A stretch of 64,000 nt of DNA from Spirochaetia bacterium (GTDB lineage: Bacteria; Spirochaetota; Spirochaetia; DSM-2461). This document shows positions 1-7,739 of the stretch, one piece after another. Both the position numbers and the translations under genes were made by a program. Each line of letters starts with the position of its first letter. Positions within the stretch are counted from its first letter, which is position 1. The DNA is taken from the NCBI GenBank assembly GCA_963668315.1, contig OY764216.1, positions 4,544,001-4,608,000 of the forward strand, read 5' to 3'. The notes under the pieces were generated by a model. It was given only the letters and a program-made list of their open reading frames with translations, did not search any database and was not told where the DNA came from.

Positions 1-157
1 GGAGCAGTTGCATGTAAATTAAAGAAACTAATTATGATTGAATATGTAAGAGGAAAAAGAAGCAATCCCATCATGATTACTAAACTCGGCATAAGAAAAA
101 TCAGCATCTGAGAATTAAACTGTGCAGCGAATGAACGATCTTTTTTCATAGTTTCCT

Positions 158-978
158 CTATTTCTCGAACTGAGACTTTAACTCGAGAGTATAATCAGTC
201 AGTTCGTCTAGGGCTTCTTTCACAGTCTGTTTATCAAAAAGGACTCTGTGGAATGCCTGCTGAAAGGCAGAAGACCATTCACTGTAATAAGGAAGAGCAG
301 GTCTGATTGCAAGATATTCCGACTGCTGCGCCATAATATCACCACCTGCATCAGCAAGTTTTGCCATTACGTCCTCATCCTGGAGGACACTCTTCCAACC
401 AGCAGGAGCTCCTTCTTGAAGAAACATATATTTCTCACCTTCAGGACCCGCAATACTTGAAACAAATTCCCAGGCTGCCTCTTTGTTTTTTGTCGTTGAA
501 GTTATAGCAAGTCCCATGGGACCAGCCATAGAAAAGGGACCACCTTTGCCTGCAGGAGCCAGAGAAATGGCGAATTGACCAGCTAGGTCACTCTGATTCT
601 GATCATTAAGCGAAAGAAGAGGAGTTCCCCACAAGAAAGCAAAAGCGCCTTGACCACCAGCTAACATATTTAATCTGGTTCCGCCCCCTTTGATTGTCAA
701 AGCTGACGGATCTACAATTTTATATTTATTAACCATGTCATACATAAGTTGAAGAGCTTCTACCCCGGCTCCTTTATTAAAGACAGGTTCACCTTCTGAA
801 TTAAATATTTCTCCTCCCAGACTGGCAACAATCATGGCATAGTCGGATGTTATCTGCTCATAATTTGCACCCCATGTAAACACAAGAGGATATTCAACAA
901 TCCCTTTCTCTTTCAATGCAAGGGAAACATTAATCATATCATCCCATGTTTCAGGAGCCTGGCTATATCCGGCTTTAT
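158..978 (-). pseudogene. Sugar ABC transporter substrate-binding protein, 5'-truncated by IS3
   Basis: The C-terminal SBP_bac_1-like region is present. The frame continues upstream of ATG 937 as KAGYSQAPETWDDM and then meets the IS3 end. No signal peptide or N-terminus is present. Confidence 0.85.
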
Positions 979-1023
979 TAGAAATGTCAACATCGGTACA
1001 GTCCCTAAATCCCCCAATTTTAT

Positions 1024-1926
1024 TTAAGCAGCCACTGCTCTTGCCGTAGCCTTTTCCCTATAGATTACTGGAGGCCAACCTCCCATATTTACCGTACTAA
1101 TGCGCTTCCGATTATAGTAAACCATGACATATCGCCAGATTACGGTTTTTACTTTTTCCCTGGTCATTTTCCTTGTATTCATTTTATACAGCTTTTCTTT
1201 CTTCAATGTTGCGAAAAAACTTTCCATCCGAGCATTATCGTAGCATTTCCCGACATCACTCATGCTCTGTATGGCCCGATAGTCTCCGAGCAATTTCTTA
1301 AACCGGTCACTCGTATACTGGCTGCCAGCATCACTATGAATGAGAACACCACTCCCAGGAATTCTACTTTTATATGCGTCATCAATGGCCTGAATACACA
1401 ATTCCTTTTTCATATGGTTTTCCATTGCGATGCTGACGATTTCTCCTCCAAAACAATCCAAGACTGGTGCAACATATAACTTTCCATCAGAGCACGGCAC
1501 TTCGGTAATATCAGTCAGCCATTTCTCATTTGGCCTTGTTGCAGTGAAGTTCCTCTTCAGCACATTGTCAGGCCTCTGAGCCTTTTTATCCGCTTTGGTG
1601 AGGCCGTTCGGGTTTCTACGGCTCTTATGAAGCAGATTCCCTTTCCGCATAGCTCTGATTACTGTAGATCTGGAAACGGTCTCTCCCTTTTGCTGTAATG
1701 CGATGAGAACCCTTTCTATTCCGTAGTTCTTATTATCCGGGTGCTCATCCAGAATCCCATGTATTTTGACCAGAAGAAGTTGCCAGGCTCTCGGCTTATT
1801 TCGGGTGCGTTTCCACTTGTAATAGCCTGTTTCACTCACATTCAATACTTTGCACATCTTTACGACTGGAAGGTCGATTTCTTCCTTCTTATTCAAGATA
1901 TAAGCAAAGATTGTCCGTATACTCAC
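1024..1926 (-). CDS. IS3 transposase OrfB (DDE/rve)
   Basis: WLTDITE, HSDAGSQY and DNARMESFF motifs. Confidence 0.95.
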   Translation of the reverse strand: MSIRTIFAYILNKKEEIDLPVVKMCKVLNVSETGYYKWKRTRNKPRAWQLLLVKIHGILDEHPDNKNYGIERVLIALQQKGETVSRSTVIRAMRKGNLLHKSRRNPNGLTKADKKAQRPDNVLKRNFTATRPNEKWLTDITEVPCSDGKLYVAPVLDCFGGEIVSIAMENHMKKELCIQAIDDAYKSRIPGSGVLIHSDAGSQYTSDRFKKLLGDYRAIQSMSDVGKCYDNARMESFFATLKKEKLYKMNTRKMTREKVKTVIWRYVMVYYNRKRISTVNMGGWPPVIYREKATARAVAA

Positions 1927-2198
1927 TTTTTCCGGTCCTTCGCGAAAAAACCGAGTGCATCCTTCAGAATATCATTAGCTTCTTTCAGTTCCTGATTTTC
2001 TTTCATCAATTGTTTTTCCCGTTCTGTCAGAGGAGAAGTATCAGGATCTGGTGACAGACTCTTATTTCTCTTCCGAGCCTTTCTCCAGCCGGACAAAGTT
2101 CCGTAATTTACACCCAGCTGTTCCGATGCTTTCTTTAATCCGATTTCATCGGATAGCTTTAATGCTTGTTTCTTAAACTCTTTACTGTACTGTCTCAT
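1923..2198 (-). CDS. IS3 transposase OrfA (HTH)
   Basis: MRQYSKEFK N-terminus, HTH, and leucine-zipper-like end ILKDALGFFAK. Confidence 0.93.
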   Translation of the reverse strand: MRQYSKEFKKQALKLSDEIGLKKASEQLGVNYGTLSGWRKARKRNKSLSPDPDTSPLTEREKQLMKENQELKEANDILKDALGFFAKDRKK

Positions 2199-2388
2199 TT
2201 TTATACCCCTTTTATTTTCGGGTATTTTTAGACTGCACTTTTATGATAATCCTTCACACCTATACATATGATAAGTCAACAACTTAATTTTCTTTTGTGT
2301 GTTTCGTGTGTACAATGTCAAGACTTCGTGTTTATAAATAAACTAATGGTATAATACTAAAATATTATTTAAAAATAGAGGTACTTCC

Positions 2389-2622
2389 ATGAAAGATAAA
2401 TTCAAGGAGTGCGACGACGATTGTGTACTTGATCTTAAAATGAGATCATCAGATGAAAATACAAGACTCTGGAAAGATGAGCTTGACAAATTCAAAAACC
2501 TTATAAAGTTTTCCGATCCAGAGAAAGAGAAATGCTTCAAATGTAAGGAATCAATTGTAAGTTGGAATGGGGAATACCTATTCTGTGCGAAGAAAGGTAT
2601 AATTCTAAAATATCTGAAATAG
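2389..2622 (+). CDS. Small Cys-rich hypothetical protein
   Basis: 77 aa with a GAGGT RBS; Cys pattern CxxxC...CxxC...C. Confidence 0.55.
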   Translation: MKDKFKECDDDCVLDLKMRSSDENTRLWKDELDKFKNLIKFSDPEKEKCFKCKESIVSWNGEYLFCAKKGIILKYLK

Positions 2623-2822
2623 TCCACCATCAAAATAGCAGCTTTGGAATGGTCCCTCTCATCTAAATAGGATGCTTTCACCCAAGCAGAAAGAAGTTAT
2701 GCTATCGCTACACAACTGATTATCAAATCCTTTGTTTATCATTTACGAATATTCAATAGGAGTTTATGATAGTTAATGTGAATTCGCTTTTTCAAAATTA
2801 AATCGAATTTCATATATTATGA

Positions 2823-2840
2823 GTTAGAAGAAATAAGTGC
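2823..2840 (+). repeat. R'-like core site (GTTAGAA) opening the NUDIX cassette; the rest of this attC is degenerate
   Basis: gttagaagaaataagtgc is the reverse complement (16/18) of gcactaacttcttctaac at 3350-3367. Confidence 0.7.
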
Positions 2841-2899
2841 TTATGTATTTATTATAATTTAAGATTCCGCCGTCCTTGGCGGAAATATAGGAATGATAG

Positions 2900-3310
2900 A
2901 TGATAACAAGTACGGGGGCGGCAATCTTTTTATCCAACCCTTCCAATCATGAACAAATTCTTATTGCTAAGCGTAGTGATATGAAAAAGAAATATCCTAA
3001 TTATTGGGAATTACCTGGAGGGGCGATAGAAGATTATGAAACTCCTAACGAGTGTATTATCCGGGAAATACAAGAAGAGTTAGGGGCAGAAATTCAAGAT
3101 TTAAAACTCGAATTTACAGATTTAAGTTACCATAGTGGCAAACGCTACATTGTTTTCCTATTTTCTGGTCAAATTACAGCGGATTCAATTCATACAAATA
3201 TCGAAATTTCGGAATGGAAATATGAGAATATTGATAACGTGAGCGAATATAAAATGTATCCCCGTGTTGAAGAGCAGTTACGAATATTTCACTCAAAACT
3301 TTCAGTGTGA
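2900..3310 (+). CDS. NUDIX hydrolase (cassette gene)
   Basis: Nudix box GGAIEDYETPNECIIREIQEELG. Confidence 0.93.
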   Translation: MITSTGAAIFLSNPSNHEQILIAKRSDMKKKYPNYWELPGGAIEDYETPNECIIREIQEELGAEIQDLKLEFTDLSYHSGKRYIVFLFSGQITADSIHTNIEISEWKYENIDNVSEYKMYPRVEEQLRIFHSKLSV

Positions 3311-3360
3311 CCGTTCACCATCCATGGCTCACTACTTGTTTTCTTTCCCGCACTAACTTC

Positions 3361-3629
3361 TTCTAACAGCGTCTATATGCTCCGCTTTCGCTACGGGCTT
3401 CGCCAAATTTAAATCAAAAAGAATAATCCGTGAATGTTCAATAAACTGGGTATATAATGATTCTATACAACAAGGATTTGAACATTGACATCCCTACTGT
3501 CATGCTTTTTGCTTTCGCAAAAAACACGCCAGCTGACGGGCTGCAAGTTAAATCGGCGTTGTATAGAAATCAGCATTGGCATACAGCCGTTTTTGATTTA
3601 AACTTCAATATAAACGCGAAACGTTATTG
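3361..3629 (+). repeat. Long attC-like site A
   Basis: TTCTAAC ... GTTATTG. Inner arms gcgtctatat/atataaacgc. A 13-bp stem tttaaatcaaaaa/tttttgatttaaa. Confidence 0.75.
3461..3568 (+). repeat. Short canonical attC-like site nested inside site A
   Basis: Perfect IR ttctatacaac/gttgtatagaa. L boxes gattt(g)aac/gttaaatc with one extrahelical base. Internal hairpin. Confidence 0.8.
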
Positions 3630-3700
3630 GTAATAAGCGCCAATGCATTTATTATTCAAAGAAGAACCCGGCGTCCTGCCGGATAAAATGGAGGAAATAA

Positions 3701-4120
3701 GTGGATTTACCAATATTGAAAGATAAAGATCTTTTTCCTGATAATGATGTATTAAGAAATGCTCTTAAAGATGATTTTGATATATTTCAAGAATTTGAAA
3801 ATACAATCACAAATGATACACACAAGTTAGTTGGCGAATGGAGATATTATAACGATGGCAAGGCTTGGATTTACAAAGCCCAATACAAGAAAAAAACAGT
3901 ATTTTGGTTATCAGTAATATCAACCGGATTTAATGTAACATTCTATTTCAATGAAAAGAATTATGAGGGTATTTTTGACTTACCAATTGAAGAATTAATA
4001 AAAGATAATTTCAAGAGTATGGAATTAGTTGGTAAATTACGTCCTCTACAAATCAGTATAAAGAATAAGAACCAAATTACAGATATACAAGAAATAATTG
4101 AATATAAAAAGAAGTCATAA
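3701..4120 (+). CDS. DUF3788-like protein (cassette gene)
   Basis: EWRYYNDGKAW...KKKTVFWLS pattern; GGAGG RBS with a GTG start. Confidence 0.8.
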   Translation: MDLPILKDKDLFPDNDVLRNALKDDFDIFQEFENTITNDTHKLVGEWRYYNDGKAWIYKAQYKKKTVFWLSVISTGFNVTFYFNEKNYEGIFDLPIEELIKDNFKSMELVGKLRPLQISIKNKNQITDIQEIIEYKKKS

Positions 4121-4131
4121 TGTAAGACGCA

Positions 4132-4229
4132 AGATAACAAAGTTTTGGAACTGTCATGGCTATTTGTAATAAAATCCGCTTTCGCAGATTTTCCGCTAAT
4201 TATCCATGCAGCTTAAAACGACGGTATCT
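4132..4229 (+). repeat. Short attC-like site with a mutated core (GGT instead of GTT)
   Basis: AGATAAC...GGTATCT. L boxes gttttggaactg/cagcttaaaac. Lies directly after a stop codon. Confidence 0.65.
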
Positions 4230-4253
4230 TAGCAAAAGGATTTTGGAGGAAAA

Positions 4254-4736
4254 ATGATAAAAGACAAAAAGAAAATGGTATATTTTTCAGGACCTCCTTG
4301 TTCTGGTAAATCAACGATCTGTAAAGAATTGACTAAGAAAATAAGAAATGTTAAATATGTTCTTGGTGATAAATATTGGATAAAGAATGATGATTATGAT
4401 TTTAATAGACGAATAGTGAAAACTAATGAAGATATTATAAAATCTCTCTGGAATAAAACATCAAAATCATTACTTTTAGAATGGGTTCCATATAGTGGAT
4501 CTTTCGTATCAGAACTAAAAAAGATTTGTGAAGAACAAAAATTGGAATTCAATCATGTCGTCATTTATGCTCCAAAGGATATACTTGAACAAAGAAAATT
4601 AATTCGAGATAAAAATAAAGAATTGGGTCCAATTAATTTCGAGGAAATTAAAAATCTGGAAAATGTTTTACTTTTTGATTCTAGTATTGAGCCGTTAGAA
4701 TCAATTGTTTTAGAATGTAAAAAGTTATTTGATTGA
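4254..4736 (+). CDS. P-loop kinase/AAA-family protein (cassette gene)
   Basis: Walker A GPPCSGKST; NMP-kinase-like size. Confidence 0.85.
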   Translation: MIKDKKKMVYFSGPPCSGKSTICKELTKKIRNVKYVLGDKYWIKNDDYDFNRRIVKTNEDIIKSLWNKTSKSLLLEWVPYSGSFVSELKKICEEQKLEFNHVVIYAPKDILEQRKLIRDKNKELGPINFEEIKNLENVLLFDSSIEPLESIVLECKKLFD

Positions 4737-4837
4737 GTTCTATTTGGTCGAAAAATGGAATCCGGAATATTAACCTATAAACTGTGGCCGTCCGGCATCC
4801 GTGCCTCACTACTTGGTTGCACACCGACGCTAACTGC

Positions 4838-4982
4838 CAATAACAGTTCATAACTGATTTCGCTTCGCTCCATCCAAATTGATATTTTGACAAACCCCGA
4901 AAAAAGTATGGTATACTTTTCCCGATGTTTATCAAGCCCACAAGGGGCCGGATCAACTTCAATTATGAACGGATCGTTAAGG
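4838..4982 (+). repeat. Long attC-like site B
   Basis: CAATAAC...GTTAAGG. Arms gttcataactga/tcaattatgaac match 11/12. The 5' flank 4783-4819 is homologous to 3306-3342. Confidence 0.75.
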
Positions 4983-5049
4983 GCGATTAGCACTTTAAAT
5001 CATGATAAAAAGCAAAACGGCCAGCCAAGCGGTATGGATTGGAGGAAAA

Positions 5050-5463
5050 ATGAAACATCTAGGTTCGTGTCTTTGTGGAAATATTAAATATGAAATACGA
5101 GGAGAGTTTGAAAACTTCTTTTTCTGTCACTGTAAATCTTGTCGTAAAGATACTGGTTCTGTTCATGCTTCAAATCTTTTTTCAACGACTGCAACATTGA
5201 GATGGTTGAAAGGAGAGGAAAAAGTAAAAACGTATAACCACAATAATTCAGGACATATAAAGAGCTTTTGTCCTAACTGTAGTTCTGCACTACCCAATAT
5301 TCAAATGGATGGTAAACTGCTTGTAGTTCCTGCAGGAAGTCTGGATACAGATATAGAGATCGTTCCTACCGGCCACATCTATTTGAATGAAAAAGCTAAT
5401 TGGGATCACCATCTCGAGAATTTTCCCCATTATGAGGATTTTCCTAAAGAGTTAAATGAGTAG
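5050..5463 (+). CDS. GFA (glutathione-dependent formaldehyde-activating) family Zn protein (cassette gene)
   Basis: GSCLCG, CHCKSCRK and FCPNCSS motifs; GGAGG RBS before ATG 5050. Confidence 0.92.
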   Translation: MKHLGSCLCGNIKYEIRGEFENFFFCHCKSCRKDTGSVHASNLFSTTATLRWLKGEEKVKTYNHNNSGHIKSFCPNCSSALPNIQMDGKLLVVPAGSLDTDIEIVPTGHIYLNEKANWDHHLENFPHYEDFPKELNE

Positions 5464-5494
5464 AAAATCGGATTTTATCAAAAGTCGAGCATAA

Positions 5495-5558
5495 TTCACC
5501 CCCATAGCTCATTACATTACAACATACCGGCGCTTACTTCCTGCAACAGGTTTATATG
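5495..5558 (+). repeat. Truncated left half of a third long attC-like site
   Basis: ttcacccccatagctcattac...cgcttacttcctgcaacaggtttatatg parallels 3314-3379; no right arm was found. Confidence 0.55.
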
Positions 5559-5831
5559 AGGACCCGAACTTTATAGTGCCCCATGCTTAATTCTTTAGAA
5601 AAGTATGATAAACTGTAGGTTTTTAGTAATCTCCTTTTTCAATCCCAACTTCCCCCACAAGTAACTTATTTCATCATATGTAAATATATTAATATTATAA
5701 TATACGTACACACATATCTTTATAGATATATTATAATATATCTATATTTATCTTCTTATAATGTATGCATTTATTTTCTTCTTCTATCGAAAAAAGAATT
5801 GACATTCTTACATCCTGATTTATCATAAGCT

Positions 5832-7094
5832 ATGAACATGACAGAAATGTGCGATAATATATTAAAAAGCAAAAGATTTGGAATCATTCTTTTTCTGATA
5901 ATTTTCATAATAAATACAGCCATTTTTACAGCTTCTAATGATTACTCAAATGTTCGTATGCTTTCTAACTATCGAAGCTTTATTTATACCATTATTGATA
6001 AGACAGCAGAAGTTCTTAACGAAAAATACTTCATGAATGATCTACTATATAAACGCACCCTTAATAGTGAAGATCTGAATCTTGAAGGTATTCTTGAAGA
6101 AATGCAAAACCTCTCACCGCTATTTCTCAATATTGCACTAATAAAAGAACCAATTGTGAACTCATTAAATGATTACTCTATCCGGACAGAAAACACAAAG
6201 TTATTCTTCATATTTAAAATTTCAAATCAGAATGGAAGTTTATACATTAAAGATAAAGTAATTCAGGTGGAATATGACCTTAGGGATACACTCAAAAACT
6301 TACAAATTCTAGAGGACTTCTCATTAACGACCTCCCCCAATTCATACCTCTTAGTCTATGGAATCAGAGTCAAACCAAAGGGCATACCAATTACGCCACA
6401 TCAACTTGTATTTTGCTTATTGTTTAGTTCTCTCATTTTTATTATTCATAGAAGAATAAGCCATAGATTTCGCTCTTATCTCTATACTTCTGATGGCCTT
6501 GAAACCATGATCTTCCTTTTTGAAAAGACGGAAGAGTTTTCAGCTAATCATTCACGTAATGTTGCTGAAATATCGCATTTCCTTGGAAAGAAGTATGGTA
6601 TTAAGAGAAAAAGGCTTAAAGATCTCAAGGTTGCAGCATTCCTTCATGATATAGGAAAAATATCAGTTCCAGTAAACATATTAAATAAGAGCGGAGCACT
6701 TTCTAAAGATGAGTTTGGTGTAATAAAAAAACATGTAAATTATTCTGCAGAGATTATAGAGCATTTTGACAGCCTTAAACACCTTCGAGATATTATTCTA
6801 TATCATCATGAAAAGACTGATGGGACAGGATATCCAGAAGGACTACTAGATCATCAAATCCCTATGGAGAGTAAGATAATAGCTGTAGCGGATATATTTG
6901 AAGCCCTAGTAGGTGAAAGGCCATATAGGTCACCGCTTGATAAACATGAGGCTTTAAATATAATGAAAGAAATGCCAATAGATCAAAAAATCTTATCTAT
7001 CCTTATTTTCAATATTGATGAGGTTTGTACTCTTATAAAATACAAAAAAAAGAGATCGAAATATGAGCAAAAACATATTTTCAGAATCAAATAA
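5832..7094 (+). CDS. Membrane-anchored HD-GYP phosphodiesterase
   Basis: Two TM segments; HDIGK, HHEKTDGTGYP and RPYR motifs. Confidence 0.9.
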   Translation: MNMTEMCDNILKSKRFGIILFLIIFIINTAIFTASNDYSNVRMLSNYRSFIYTIIDKTAEVLNEKYFMNDLLYKRTLNSEDLNLEGILEEMQNLSPLFLNIALIKEPIVNSLNDYSIRTENTKLFFIFKISNQNGSLYIKDKVIQVEYDLRDTLKNLQILEDFSLTTSPNSYLLVYGIRVKPKGIPITPHQLVFCLLFSSLIFIIHRRISHRFRSYLYTSDGLETMIFLFEKTEEFSANHSRNVAEISHFLGKKYGIKRKRLKDLKVAAFLHDIGKISVPVNILNKSGALSKDEFGVIKKHVNYSAEIIEHFDSLKHLRDIILYHHEKTDGTGYPEGLLDHQIPMESKIIAVADIFEALVGERPYRSPLDKHEALNIMKEMPIDQKILSILIFNIDEVCTLIKYKKKRSKYEQKHIFRIK

Positions 7095-7689
7095 TGTAAA
7101 TAAACTTCCATAGATTTCTATGTTTGAGTTTCTCACTATTGGATTATTCCAATCATTAAGGATTTTAAATTAAGTATGGCTGTGACGAAAACATGAGGAG
7201 TTATCTTAATGCGAAAATTTCTTCTACTTATTGTAGAACTCATCCAATATTCATGAGAACGTTCTTCGGGGTAGGCACCCGAAGGATTGGGAAAAGACAT
7301 AACTCCATCTTTCAACAATAGTTTCCCTTATCTTATTATATTATCGAATATTACCAGATATTACTCTTTCAACGTGACGAATATTGGACTATATCAATTG
7401 ATTCTTGTAACCAAAAAAATGTCACCAAATCGTCAAAAGTAACAAAAAAGACCTAAAAAACTGATACTTTAGATTTCTAATAATATAATAGGTTCTCTGA
7501 GGAACTTATAATATGAATTATGTAGTATCCTTATTCTCGGTATAAGCTTCCTAGCTAATATCTTTCTCTTTTGTAATTATATGGTAATACCGATGCAATC
7601 TTGTCAGTTTAAACTATCATCATAAGCAACGGGGATTGAGCAACCCGGATATGAGAGCAACAAAGTTGAACGTAATGCTTTTTTCATAA

Positions 7690-7739
7690 AACTCTCTCCA
7701 AATAGTTTTAGAAGACCGGTTGATAATCGGTCTTTTTTT
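7690..7739 (+). repeat. AACTCTCTCCA plus AGACCGG hairpin motif, copy 1 (terminator-like)
   Basis: Similar to 29193-29235 and 42801-42841. Confidence 0.7.

Larger units (their letters stand above)
979..2256 (-). mobile_element. IS3-family insertion sequence
   Basis: orfA and orfB overlap at GTGA with an AAAAAG slippery run. Imperfect terminal IRs share GTRCAGTC (~979-1015 and ~2220-2256). Exact ends are uncertain by a few bp and no target duplication is seen. Confidence 0.9.

Noticed and set aside
4681..5087. ORFs 4681..4962, 4775..4993 and 4887..5087, and the 5002 start for the GFA gene
   Set aside because: They overlap the attC-like site. The GFA gene has a clear RBS before ATG 5050.
2740..5560. 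Possible CRISPR array or intact integron
   Set aside because: The repeats are long, imperfect and separated by whole genes. No cas gene or tyrosine-recombinase ORF is present in the window.
5680..5760. dif site or replication origin in the AT-rich tract
   Set aside because: No XerD-arm match (TTATGTTAAAT) and no DnaA-box cluster were seen.
7136..7690. 60-aa ORF and possible decayed gene fragments
   Set aside because: No convincing start or family motif; too degenerate to call.
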